The notes below the pieces were generated by a model, which saw nothing but the letters and a program-made list of their open reading frames with translations, did not search any database and was not told where the DNA came from. A stretch of DNA of 64,000 nt from an uncultured Syntrophaceae bacterium (lineage in GTDB: Bacteria > Desulfobacterota > Syntrophia > Syntrophales > UBA5619), in NCBI GenBank assembly GCA_964637025.1, contig CAZWTL010000004.1:34508-98507 (forward strand), read 5' to 3'. Positions 36,911-46,719 of the stretch are shown piece by piece. A program made the position numbers and the translations under genes. Numbering within the stretch: position 1 is the first letter of the stretch; every line of letters starts with the position of its first letter.

Positions 36911-37615
36911 CTACCTGATCCCCTTTTGTTCGAGGATTTCGTCGATACCCGGCCGAATCACCATGCCGGCCCCGATCTCCTTCAATCTTTTGTCCTCGCG
37001 CTGAATGACCTTGTCCACCTCATGGATGACGGTGGCCGCTATTTCCTGCTTCAGGACCACCACGCCGTCGTCATCCGCTATGATGATGTCCCCCGGACGG
37101 ACGACCTGGCCTCCGCAGCTGATCGGGAAATTAATCTCGCCGGGCCCCTCCTTGAACGGGCCATTGGGCGACAGGCCCGCCGAAAAAACCGGGAAACCGG
37201 ATTTCCGGATCTCTTCCGCATCCCTCACGCACCCGTCGGCCACGATTCCCGCCACGCCGAGCTTCATGGCCGTGCTCACCATGAGGAATCCGAGCAGGGC
37301 CCAGGAATGGTTCCCGCCGCCCTCGATCACCAGCACGTCTCCCGGTTGGATCAAGGTCAGGGCCTTGTGGATCATGAGGTTGTCCGTGGGCGGCACGCGG
37401 ACGGTCATCGCGGGCCCGACGATCTTCATCCCGTCCCCCAGGTTTTTGATCCGGCTGTCCATGGCCGCCCCCCGGCCGATGCAATCGTTCACGTTGCCGG
37501 TCAGGCATCCCGTCTTCTTCATCAGATTGCGATACGGTTCGATCAGGTCCGCCGCCGGCCGGTCAAAGTCCGTCCTGTAGCGGAACCCGGGTTTCCCGAT
37601 CTCCTTTATGTTCAT
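36911..37615 (-). CDS. RraA-family protein (HMG/CHA aldolase-like)
   Basis: GPAMTV..DNL..HKAL..QPGDVLVI, DGCVRD, PGDIIIADDDGVVV; start at MNIKEIG. Confidence 0.88.
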   Translation of the reverse strand: MNIKEIGKPGFRYRTDFDRPAADLIEPYRNLMKKTGCLTGNVNDCIGRGAAMDSRIKNLGDGMKIVGPAMTVRVPPTDNLMIHKALTLIQPGDVLVIEGGGNHSWALLGFLMVSTAMKLGVAGIVADGCVRDAEEIRKSGFPVFSAGLSPNGPFKEGPGEINFPISCGGQVVRPGDIIIADDDGVVVLKQEIAATVIHEVDKVIQREDKRLKEIGAGMVIRPGIDEILEQKGIR

Positions 37616-37774
37616 TCGAAGTCTCCTTTCATGCCTTCGGGCGCCGATGCGGCATGACCCCCAGACGACGGTGGGATCGGACCCGATGCAGGATCCGCAT
37701 AGGCAGATCCTCCTTGAGCGGCCCATCCGCGCCACGCGAATCGCCTGCGCGCGATCCTCCGCCCATCGGGGGCA

Positions 37775-37804
37775 ACATTAACCCACTCCTCGCGGCAATG
37801 TCAA
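37775..37804 (-). promoter_or_regulatory. Possible internal promoter for rraA-leuC-leuD-like genes
   Basis: TTGACA-18 nt-TAATGT within a 300-bp intergenic gap. Confidence 0.45.
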
Positions 37805-37923
37805 TGTCCGTCCGCTGCCATTCCGGAACGCACGCCAATGATGATGCGCGTGTCGCGGGCGGACAATGGAACCGCTGACGGCCAATGCGGGGGGCAACAG
37901 GGCGGAGGGGGCAGGTGAAGGTC

Positions 37924-38919
37924 TCAACCGCCGAGTCCCAGTTTCTGGAGTACTTCGGGATTGAGAACGTTTTCAGGTATTCTTCCCTCGAACAGGGCGA
38001 TCACCTTCTCCACCGTCTGCATGGCCATGGCGTAAGAGGCCTGGTTGCTCAGACCGGCCACGTGGGGGGTGGAGACGACATTCTCCAACAGGAGGTGGTC
38101 CCGAAAGACCGGAGGCTCTGCTTCGAAAACATCGAGTCCCGCGCCGGCAATCCACCCTTCCCTCAAGGCGTTGTAAAGGGCGCATTCATCCAGGACGGCC
38201 CCCCGGGATGTGTTGATCAGAAAGGCGGTCCTCTTCATGAGTCGCAGCCGATCTCCATCGATCATGCCCCGGGTGGAGCCGTCCAGAGGCACGTGGATGG
38301 TCACAAAATCGGCCTCCCGCAGAAGCGCTTCCTTCGAACGGCAGGGGATGCCATACCGTTCCTGAAAATCCGGGTACTCGACGATATCGTTGGCGATGAT
38401 CCTGGTTTCGAAACCCTGCAACCTCCTGGCCACCCTCTTGCCGACGTTTCCCAGGCCGATGATCCCCACGGTCTTCCGGAAGAGGTCTTCCCCGCCGCTG
38501 GCCCGCGGATAGAGCCCCTTTCGCATCTCCCTGTCCTTTTGGGCGATTTGCCTGGAAACGGCAAGCATGAGGCCGATGGTCATGTCGGCCACGGAATCGG
38601 CGTTGGAACCCGGATTGTGGGTGACCACCACCCCGTGGTCGGTGGCGGCCTTCAAATCCGATCCCTCGAAACCGGCGCTCCGTATGGCGATCATTTTCAG
38701 GCGGCCGCAACTTTCGATGATTTTCCGGGTCACCGGAAACATGGCGGTCACGACGATCGCGTCCGCCCCCTGAATGGCCCGGCAGACCTCGTCTTCCCGG
38801 GATGGAGCGACCCGGTCATAGGCCTTCTCTTCCACAATGAATCCGGCCTGCCGAAGTTTCTCGATGGGATCGCGGGAGACCTCGGCGAATTTCTGGGTCA
38901 TGATCATGACCGTCGGCAT
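37924..38919 (-). CDS. D-isomer 2-hydroxyacid dehydrogenase (phosphoglycerate dehydrogenase-like)
   Basis: GIIGLGNVG, LINTSRG, AGLDVF..EP, TPHVAG. Confidence 0.92.
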   Translation of the reverse strand: MPTVMIMTQKFAEVSRDPIEKLRQAGFIVEEKAYDRVAPSREDEVCRAIQGADAIVVTAMFPVTRKIIESCGRLKMIAIRSAGFEGSDLKAATDHGVVVTHNPGSNADSVADMTIGLMLAVSRQIAQKDREMRKGLYPRASGGEDLFRKTVGIIGLGNVGKRVARRLQGFETRIIANDIVEYPDFQERYGIPCRSKEALLREADFVTIHVPLDGSTRGMIDGDRLRLMKRTAFLINTSRGAVLDECALYNALREGWIAGAGLDVFEAEPPVFRDHLLLENVVSTPHVAGLSNQASYAMAMQTVEKVIALFEGRIPENVLNPEVLQKLGLGG

Positions 38920-39111
38920 TTTTCCCCTTCTCCTGAGGCCCGCACCGTGGTGCAGGGGACTCCGTTTACGGAAACCCTCGCTTCCGAACCGTCCCGGAGA
39001 GCGGCCGGGCTATCCGTTGAGATATCTCCCGCGCGCCCGGCGGCCCGAGTTCAGCGGACCGGTGCCGGTCAAGCCGCCGGGCGGGGGTTCAATGCAGGGA
39101 CGTCGAGACAC

Positions 39112-40122
39112 TTACTGCGCCTGGATGTTGCACTCCTTGATGACCTTGTTCCACTTGACGGATTCCGCCTCCATGAATTTGGTGAAGGCGGCCCCGGTCA
39201 GCAGATCGATTTCCGCCCCCTGGTCCTCCAGGATTTTCACCATCTCCGGCGTCTTCATGATCGCGGCAATCTCCGCGTTGAGCTTGTCGATGATCGGTTG
39301 CGGCGTCCCTGCCGGGGCGAACAGACCCCACCAGATGAAGGACTCATACCCCGGAAGGCCCGCCTCGGAGACGGTCGGAATATCCGGCAGAATCTTGCTG
39401 CGGTTCTTTGCGGCATAGCCGAGGGCTTTCACCTTTCCGGACTTGATATGGGGAAGCGCCTGCGCGATGCTGACGAAAATGAGATGGGAGTGGCCTCCGA
39501 GCACGTCGACCATCGCCGGTCCGCCGCCCTTGAACTGGGTGATCTTGTAATCGATGCCGGCCATCGACTTGAAGAGCTCCGTGGACAGATGGCCGAAACT
39601 GCCGGCCCCTGCCGCCGCCGCCACCAGTTTGCCGGGTTCCTTCTTGGCCAGGGCAATGAGCTCCTTCACCGAATTGGCCGGGACCGACGGGTGGACGTCA
39701 AGGACCGAAACCGAGTTGCCGATCTTGGCGATGGGGGCAAAGGACTTGAAGGGATCGTAGGGTTGTTGTGAAATCAGGGGATTGAGGATAATCCCCGAGG
39801 AGTGGAAGAGCAGGGTATAGCCGTCCGGGGCTGCATTGGCGACGATCTGTGCGGCCAGGGTGCCGCCGCCCCCGGCCTTGTTTTCCGTAACGAATTGCTT
39901 GCCGAGGCGTTCGGAAAGCTTGGCGGCGATCAGGCGGCCCGTGGCGTCGGTGCTTCCCCCGGGTGCAAAGGCGATCAGAAACCGCACCGGTTTTTCCGGA
40001 TAGGAATCCGCGGCCGCCCAAACCGGGGACAAAGGCCAGGCGACGGCCGCGATCGTGAGCAGGGCCGTCATGAAAACCGGCCACCCGTTTCTCCTGGGAA
40101 CTCGTCTTGTCATGATTTCCAT
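39112..40122 (-). CDS. tctC: Tripartite tricarboxylate transporter substrate-binding protein (Bug/TctC) 1
   Basis: YPEKPVRFLIAFAPGGSTD, ENKAGGGG, PDGYTLL, YKGG-like FKGGGPA. Confidence 0.93.
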   Translation of the reverse strand: MEIMTRRVPRRNGWPVFMTALLTIAAVAWPLSPVWAAADSYPEKPVRFLIAFAPGGSTDATGRLIAAKLSERLGKQFVTENKAGGGGTLAAQIVANAAPDGYTLLFHSSGIILNPLISQQPYDPFKSFAPIAKIGNSVSVLDVHPSVPANSVKELIALAKKEPGKLVAAAAGAGSFGHLSTELFKSMAGIDYKITQFKGGGPAMVDVLGGHSHLIFVSIAQALPHIKSGKVKALGYAAKNRSKILPDIPTVSEAGLPGYESFIWWGLFAPAGTPQPIIDKLNAEIAAIMKTPEMVKILEDQGAEIDLLTGAAFTKFMEAESVKWNKVIKECNIQAQ

Positions 40123-40248
40123 CCTTTCTTTGCTATGAGGTTTGCATGCCGCTCTTCAAGATCAGCGAGCTGCTGATTGAAGACCTTCCCACCCTTTGCC
40201 CGACCGTTGTGGCCTGCCGGGACGGCTTTGAACAGGCGTTGCCGGTCA

Positions 40249-41748
40249 TCAGCTGACCATGTCGTCACGTCGCTTGCGCACGGCCGGCAGCCACATCACG
40301 ATCAGGATCAGGACCGTGGCGATGACGAACGCCAGGCTGATCGGCCGGGTCAGGAACACCGTCGGATCCCCCTCAGAGACCTGCAGGGACCGTCGCAAAT
40401 TCTCCTCCAGGATCGGTCCCAGCACGAATCCCAGCAGAAGCGGCACGGGGCTGAATCCGAACACCCGCCAGCAAACCCCCAAAATGGTGAAGAACGCAGC
40501 CAGGTAGAGGTCAAAGGCGCTGTTGTCGGTGCTGTAAATGCCGATCGCGGAAAAAACCATGATCGCCGGGAACAGCAGGCGGTAGGGAACCTTGAGCAGG
40601 CTCACCCAGAGGCCGACCAGCGGCAGGTTCAGGACGACCAGGATCAGGTTGCCGATCCACATGCTGGCGATAAGCCCCCAGAAGAGGGCCGGTTGTTCGA
40701 CCATCACCGAAGGACCCGGCGTGATCCCCTTGATCATCAACGCGGCAAGCATGAGCGCCATGGTGCCGCTGCCCGGAACGCCCAGGGTCAGGGTGGGAAT
40801 GAATGCGCACTGGGAGGCGGCGTTGTTGGCGGATTCCGGTCCCGCCAGCCCCTCGATCGCTCCCTTGCCGAAGCGTGACGGGTCCCGGGAGATCCTCTTC
40901 TCGACCATGTAAGAAGCGAACGATGAAATGGCGGGACCCGTGCCGGGCAAAGTGCCGAAGAACGCGCCGATCGCCGTCCCCCTGAGGATCGGGAAAGCGG
41001 ACTGTTTGAGGTCGTCCCGTGAGGGGTAGAGGCTGCCCAGCTTTGAGGAAAAGACCTGCTGCCGCTCCTCGGCATCGCTGAGGTTGCAGATGATTTCGCC
41101 GATGGCAAAGACGCCGATCGCGATGATCACAAAATCGATCCCCTCCAGGAGCTCAAAGAAGCCGAAGGTGAAACGCGAGATCCCGGAATCGACGTCGGAA
41201 CCGACGATGCCGAACAGAAGCCCCAGCACCACCATGGCCAGCGACTTGATCATGTCCCCCTGGGCCAGCACCGAGGCCGCGACCAGGGCCATCAACATGA
41301 GAGAAAAGTATTCCGGCGAGCCGAACTTCAGGGCCATCTCCGCCAGGGTCGGACCGAAAAGCGCGATGATCAGCGTACAGACGGTGCCGGCAAAAAACGA
41401 TCCGATCGCCGCGATCGCCAGGGCCGGTCCGGCGCGGCCCTGGCGGGCCATCTGATAGCCGTCGATGCAGGTGATCACCGACGCCGTCTCCCCGGGGAGG
41501 TTCACGAGGATCGAGGTGGTCGATCCTCCGTACGCGGCGCCGTAGTAGATCCCGGCCAGCATGATCAGGGCCGAGACCGTGGGCACGTTGTAGGTGATCG
41601 GCAGCAGCATCGCGATCGTCGCCAGGGGACCGATGCCGGGAAGCACCCCGATCAGGGTGCCGAGCAGAACGCCGAGGAAACAATAGAGCACGTTCTGCAG
41701 CGTGAGGGCCACGCTGAAGCCGTAGACAAGGTGGTGGACAATCTCCAT
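40249..41748 (-). CDS. tctA: Tripartite tricarboxylate transporter permease TctA 1
   Basis: GTLIGVLPGIG, YGGSTTSILVNLPGE, GPESANNA, LGVPGS. Confidence 0.95.
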   Translation of the reverse strand: MEIVHHLVYGFSVALTLQNVLYCFLGVLLGTLIGVLPGIGPLATIAMLLPITYNVPTVSALIMLAGIYYGAAYGGSTTSILVNLPGETASVITCIDGYQMARQGRAGPALAIAAIGSFFAGTVCTLIIALFGPTLAEMALKFGSPEYFSLMLMALVAASVLAQGDMIKSLAMVVLGLLFGIVGSDVDSGISRFTFGFFELLEGIDFVIIAIGVFAIGEIICNLSDAEERQQVFSSKLGSLYPSRDDLKQSAFPILRGTAIGAFFGTLPGTGPAISSFASYMVEKRISRDPSRFGKGAIEGLAGPESANNAASQCAFIPTLTLGVPGSGTMALMLAALMIKGITPGPSVMVEQPALFWGLIASMWIGNLILVVLNLPLVGLWVSLLKVPYRLLFPAIMVFSAIGIYSTDNSAFDLYLAAFFTILGVCWRVFGFSPVPLLLGFVLGPILEENLRRSLQVSEGDPTVFLTRPISLAFVIATVLILIVMWLPAVRKRRDDMVS

Positions 41749-41762
41749 TGAATCCCTCCTTG

Positions 41763-42221
41763 TCAGATTCCCTTGAAGAGCGGGTAGGGAAGCCCGAGGC
41801 CCCAGATGAACAGGGCGATCGCCGCGGCCAGCAGGACCGCCGTGAGCAGGAGGACCTCCAGAACGCGGAACGTCCGGCCGGAAAGCGCCGCCACGAAGAC
41901 CAGGACCACGAGGGCCGGAATGAAGCCGGCCCGGTCCATCAGGAGGCCGAACAGCACCAGGGCCAGCGGCGGAAGGATCACGGTCCTGGCGGTGAGAGGT
42001 TGCGTGATCCGCTCGCCGCTGCGCAGCCCCATCGCCACGACGGAGACGCCGAACACGATCAGGATCCCGCCCAGAATGGTGGGGAAGAATCCCGGCCCCA
42101 TACGCGACGCGCTTCCGAACCCGTAACTCCTGGAGATGATTACGGCAGCGGCGCCGAAGCCGATCAGCATCAGCCCGGCCCAGAAATCCCTATTTTGCAG
42201 GAAACGCGTGACCATGGCCAA
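41763..42221 (-). CDS. tctB: TctB-family small membrane subunit 1
   Basis: RMGPGFFP, 4-5 TM segments, adjacent to tctA. Confidence 0.88.
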   Translation of the reverse strand: MAMVTRFLQNRDFWAGLMLIGFGAAAVIISRSYGFGSASRMGPGFFPTILGGILIVFGVSVVAMGLRSGERITQPLTARTVILPPLALVLFGLLMDRAGFIPALVVLVFVAALSGRTFRVLEVLLLTAVLLAAAIALFIWGLGLPYPLFKGI

Positions 42222-42316
42222 GACCCCTGTGTTTCAACCGTTGCAGACGGACGCTTGCCGGCGACCGTTCAACGCTCTCACTGCCGCACGGCAGGTGCGG
42301 TCCCGGATTGCCGGAT

Positions 42317-43465
42317 TCAACCGCCCGCGATCTCGTCCAGGGCCTGTTTCAGGCGTGCGAGCCCCTTTTCCAGGATTTCGACGGATGTGGCGAAGCAGAT
42401 GCGGAAATGGCTCTCGCCGCAGGCCCCGAACTCCGTGCCGCTGCGAACCAGAATCCCCTTGGAGAAAAGATACTCCCGCATCTTCGGGCTGGTCAGGGCA
42501 TGTTCATAGCGGGGGAAAAAATAAAAAGCCCCTTCGCAAGGCGGCGTGGAAAGCCCTCCGATATCGCCCAGCAGCCGCGTGACAAGGTTCTTTCTCTTCT
42601 CATATTCGCGGCGCATGGTTTCGACGCACTCCTGGGGGCCGAGAAGGGCGGCCACGCAGGCCATCTGCGCCGGCACGTTGGTGCAGGTCGCCATCGCCTT
42701 GTTAAAGGTCACCATCTCCTTGATGCGCGGCGCATCGGCCACCATGTACCCCACCCGCCAGCCGGTCATGGCATAGGTCTTCGAGAAGCTGTTGAGCAGA
42801 ATGGAACGGTTCCGGACCTCCTCGACCTGGCAGATCGACAGGAACGGGACCTCCCCATAGATGAGCTTGTGGTAGACTTCGTCGATCACCAGGAGCAAGT
42901 TCCTTTCCACGGCGAGCCGGGCCAGCCTCCGGACCTCGTCCTCCCTCAACACCCGGCCGGTCGGATTGCCCGGATTGGAGACGAACAGGATCCTGGATCT
43001 CGAGGAGACGCGTTCTTCAAGGACATCAAAATCGATGTGAAAGTCCTCGCTGAGGGGGATGAAAACCGGCGTTCCGCCAAAGAGCGAAACGGAGTCGGCA
43101 TAGGCCGAATATTCCGGATCCGGAATCAGTACTTCATCGCCGGGATTGAGATAGGTCGCGCAGATGGTGTGAATGCCCGCGATCCCCCCCGAGGTGATCA
43201 GAACGTTCTCCGGACCGCGCTTCTGGCCATAATCCCGTTCGAGGCCCGTACAGACGGCCTCCCTCAGCGCCGGTTCCCCGTAAGCATTGCCGTAATGGGT
43301 ATGTCCGTCCCGCATGGCGCGCGCGGCCGCCTCCTGAATGTGCAGGGGCGTGGGGAAGTCGGGCTCCCCCATCTCCAGGCGAATGGCGTCCCTGGGGATG
43401 GCCGTGGGCCGCTGGGAACGCTCGGACCCGGACAGTTTTTTTACGCGATCGGATAGTTCGAACAT
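42317..43465 (-). CDS. PLP-dependent aminotransferase class I/II
   Basis: GEPDFPTP, NPGNPTG, DEVYH, NSFSKTYAMTGWRVGY. Confidence 0.95.
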   Translation of the reverse strand: MFELSDRVKKLSGSERSQRPTAIPRDAIRLEMGEPDFPTPLHIQEAAARAMRDGHTHYGNAYGEPALREAVCTGLERDYGQKRGPENVLITSGGIAGIHTICATYLNPGDEVLIPDPEYSAYADSVSLFGGTPVFIPLSEDFHIDFDVLEERVSSRSRILFVSNPGNPTGRVLREDEVRRLARLAVERNLLLVIDEVYHKLIYGEVPFLSICQVEEVRNRSILLNSFSKTYAMTGWRVGYMVADAPRIKEMVTFNKAMATCTNVPAQMACVAALLGPQECVETMRREYEKRKNLVTRLLGDIGGLSTPPCEGAFYFFPRYEHALTSPKMREYLFSKGILVRSGTEFGACGESHFRICFATSVEILEKGLARLKQALDEIAGG

Positions 43466-43501
43466 CTCTTCTCTCCTTGATTGATCTTCAGCGGATATTG
43501 A

Positions 43502-43966
43502 CTAAAAATGGACAAGGGGTACGGGCATGGGAACCTTCAACACCACCTGGAAGAGGTAATAAGAGACAACGGCGGTCATCAGGCCGAAGACGATGCTCGT
43601 CTTCCAGGCGAAATGCCCCAGAAACTTTGCCAGAAAAAGGATGAAGAATCCCGTGACCGGAGCAAAACCGATCACCGGAAGAAGATACCTGTAGACCAGC
43701 AGGGCGGCGAAGACGAAGAGAATTCTCCGGGGCGCTTCCCTGGCCGGGAAGAAAGGGGCATCGTCTCCCTCGGTACGGTCCTTCTTGACGAAGCTCTGGA
43801 CCGTCAGCACCAGCGACAAACCCAACAGCATGACGGACCCGATCAGAGGGAAGAAGCCGCCGCCCGGTTTCTGCAGCGTTCCGATCGGGTAGGAGCGGGC
43901 CACGGCAAACACCACGACCACCCCCAAAATTGTAAAAAAGATGCCACAGATACGATCCATTTTCAT
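43502..43966 (-). CDS. tctB: TctB-family small membrane subunit 2
   Basis: KPGGGFFP, LFQVVLKVPMP; hydrophobic. Confidence 0.85.
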   Translation of the reverse strand: MKMDRICGIFFTILGVVVVFAVARSYPIGTLQKPGGGFFPLIGSVMLLGLSLVLTVQSFVKKDRTEGDDAPFFPAREAPRRILFVFAALLVYRYLLPVIGFAPVTGFFILFLAKFLGHFAWKTSIVFGLMTAVVSYYLFQVVLKVPMPVPLVHF

Positions 43967-44050
43967 GTGTAAAGATTCCTGCCGGACATCGGCGTCCGTT
44001 TACGGCGATGTTTTCCTTTCCCGTCGAGACGGGACATGGGCATCGTCATG

Positions 44051-44093
44051 GGGGATCGGGGAACGCCCCGACAGGGGGCGTTCCCCGATCCCC
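44051..44093. repeat. Perfect 19-bp inverted repeat (5-nt loop) between tctC2 and tctB2
   Basis: GGGGATCGGGGAACGCCCC-gacag-GGGGCGTTCCCCGATCCCC; no U-tract. Confidence 0.9.
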
Positions 44094-44126
44094 GTCCGCG
44101 CACTGTTGCGTTTTGGATGAAATCCG

Positions 44127-45095
44127 TTAAGGCGCTTTCCCGACCAGTTTGGTCAGTTTATCGTATTTCACGTCTTCCTTCTTCCAGAACTGCGCCAATT
44201 CCTCCGGGGTCTTCATCGAGACGGTGGCCCCCTGATTGTCGAAGAAGTCCATCACCTCCTTCGCCTCCATGCCCTTCTTGATGGCATCGTAGAGGACCTT
44301 CACCCGATCCTTGGGCATGCCCTTGGGACCGATGTAAGCCCAATAGGTCAGGTATTCGGCGTCAATCCCCAGATCCTTGAACAACTGGGCGTTCGGAGCA
44401 AACTTGTTCTTTTCGGGCGCCGCCAGCCCCAGGACCTTCAGGCTGCCCCCCTTGACCATATGGAGGGTGTCGGCGATCGTGGACATGATCACGTCCACGT
44501 GGCCGCCCATGACGGCCGGAATCGCCGGGGCGCTTCCCTTGAAGGGAATGTGGGTGAATGTCACCCCCGCGGCCTGCTCGATGCCGATCGCCCCAAGATG
44601 AAAGTTGCCTCCGTGTCCGCCGTTGCCGACCCGCAGCTTGCCCGGGTTTGCCTTCGCATAATCCATCACTTCCTTTAAGGTGTTCCAGGGGGCGTCCTTC
44701 CGGGTGAGGAGGCCCTGCGGGCTGTATCCCACGAAAGCGATGGGTTCGAATTGGTCATACTGAATGTTGGCGTCGGGAATGGTGTATTTGAGGATGCTGA
44801 ACGTGGGGGAGACCGTTCCGAAGAGATACCCGTTGGGGGGCGCCGTTTTCACCACATTGCAGCCGATCGTCGTCCCTCCGCCCGGCTTGTTCTCGACGAG
44901 CACGGAAACCCCGAGGATCTTTTCCAACTGCGTCTGAAGGGCGCGGGCGACCAGGTCATGGCTTCCTCCCGGCGCATACGGTACGACCAGCGTGATCGGC
45001 TTGCTCGGGAACTTTTCCTGCGCAACAGCCAGGCTGACCATTGCCGTAGCGCAAATCAAAACGCACACGAATAGCAATGCAACTGTCTTCTTCAT
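44127..45095 (-). CDS. tctC: TctC/Bug substrate-binding protein 2
   Basis: FPSKPITLVVPYAPGGSHD, ENKPGGG, HIPFKGSAPA. Confidence 0.93.
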   Translation of the reverse strand: MKKTVALLFVCVLICATAMVSLAVAQEKFPSKPITLVVPYAPGGSHDLVARALQTQLEKILGVSVLVENKPGGGTTIGCNVVKTAPPNGYLFGTVSPTFSILKYTIPDANIQYDQFEPIAFVGYSPQGLLTRKDAPWNTLKEVMDYAKANPGKLRVGNGGHGGNFHLGAIGIEQAAGVTFTHIPFKGSAPAIPAVMGGHVDVIMSTIADTLHMVKGGSLKVLGLAAPEKNKFAPNAQLFKDLGIDAEYLTYWAYIGPKGMPKDRVKVLYDAIKKGMEAKEVMDFFDNQGATVSMKTPEELAQFWKKEDVKYDKLTKLVGKAP

Positions 45096-45207
45096 CGTCC
45101 TTTCTCCTTTGCCTCTGCTTTATAAGTTATACGGGCTGTTTCCTCTTCCCCTCGACTCGACTCTCCCTTCAACGCGTTTGGCTGCCAACCGATTCCGAAA
45201 CAAAGGA

Positions 45208-46719
45208 TCATGAATCGGCGCTTCCCAGTTTCTCGAGCAATCGCCTTCTCCTTCTCGCAAAAACAACCGACGATACGATGAAAAGCAACGTTATGGACAA
45301 GAGCACCGCCGGCACGGGCCGGGTGGCGAACATGGTCAAATCCCCGTGGGACATGAGCAGCGACTGCCGGAAGGATTCTTCCCAGAGGGGCGACAGAATG
45401 TAGGCGAAGACCAGGGGAGCACACTCGAAACCCGTTTTTCTGGCGAGGTAGCCTACGATACCGAAGATGATCATCAGGTTGATGTCCATCAGGCTGCTCT
45501 GGCTGGAATAAACGCCGACGACGCAGAAGAACAGGATCAGGGGGAAGAGGATCCGGTACGGGACCTTCAGCAGTCGCACCCAGATGCCGATCAGCGGCAG
45601 GTTCAGGACCAGAAGCATCACGTTGCCGATGTACATGCTCACGATGATCCCCCAGAAGACATCGGGATGCTCCTTGATGAGGAGGGGCCCCGGGGTGATT
45701 CCATGGATCAGCAGGGCCCCCAGGATCAGGGCCATGGTCGCGGTCGTCGGAATGCCGAATGTCAGCAGGGGGACGAAGGTTCCGGAAGAGGCCGAATTGT
45801 TCGCGGCTTCGGGTCCGGCCACCCCTTCGATCGCACCCTTTCCGAATCGCTCGGGATGCTTGGAAAGCCGCTTTTCAATAATATAGGATACAAAGGTCCC
45901 GATCAGGGTCCCCGAGGCCGGCAGAACCCCGAGGAAAAATCCCAAAAATGAACCCCGGAGGATCGGGTTGATCGAGGCTTTCCAATCCTCCCAACTGGGC
46001 AGCAGGCCCTTGATCCGGGCCTGGAAGACCTCGCGCTCCACGATCTGCTCCAGGTTGATGAGGATCTCTCCGACCCCGAAAATTCCCATGACCATCGGAA
46101 CGATGCCGATCCCCTCGTACAATTCATTGATGCCGAACGTGAAGCGTTGCACTCCGGAAACCGTGTCGATCCCCATGGTGCCCAGAATCATCCCCAGCGC
46201 GACCATGATGAACGATTTGACCATGGATCCCGAAGACAGATATGCGGACATGGTCAGCCCCAGGAAAATCAGAGAGAACAGCTCGGGGGGGCCGAACTTC
46301 ACGGAATACCGGGCCACGACCGGCGCCACCATCATCAGCAGCACGACGCTCAGGGTGCCGGCGATGAACGAGCCGATGGCCGAGATCCCCAGCGCCCTCC
46401 CCGCCTTTCCCTGGCGGGCCATCTGGTATCCATCGATGCAGGTCACGACCGACGACGATTCCCCCGGGATGTTGACCAGGATGGCCGTGGTCGATCCGCC
46501 GTACATGGCGCCGTACCATATCCCGGCCAGCAGAATGATGGCGGTGACCGGGGGGAGGCCAAAGGTGAACGGAAGCAGGATGGCCACGCTGCCCGCCGTT
46601 CCGATGCCGGGCAGAACGCCGATGAGGGTGCCGATGAGAACCCCGATGAAGCAATAGAAGAGATTCGAGGGGGTGGTGACGACCGAAAAACCCAGTGCGA
46701 TGCTATGGAGCGTATCCAT
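45208..46719 (-). CDS. tctA: TctA permease 2
   Basis: GTLIGVLPGIG, YGGSTTAILVNIPGE, GPEAANNS. Confidence 0.95.
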   Translation of the reverse strand: MDTLHSIALGFSVVTTPSNLFYCFIGVLIGTLIGVLPGIGTAGSVAILLPFTFGLPPVTAIILLAGIWYGAMYGGSTTAILVNIPGESSSVVTCIDGYQMARQGKAGRALGISAIGSFIAGTLSVVLLMMVAPVVARYSVKFGPPELFSLIFLGLTMSAYLSSGSMVKSFIMVALGMILGTMGIDTVSGVQRFTFGINELYEGIGIVPMVMGIFGVGEILINLEQIVEREVFQARIKGLLPSWEDWKASINPILRGSFLGFFLGVLPASGTLIGTFVSYIIEKRLSKHPERFGKGAIEGVAGPEAANNSASSGTFVPLLTFGIPTTATMALILGALLIHGITPGPLLIKEHPDVFWGIIVSMYIGNVMLLVLNLPLIGIWVRLLKVPYRILFPLILFFCVVGVYSSQSSLMDINLMIIFGIVGYLARKTGFECAPLVFAYILSPLWEESFRQSLLMSHGDLTMFATRPVPAVLLSITLLFIVSSVVFARRRRRLLEKLGSADS

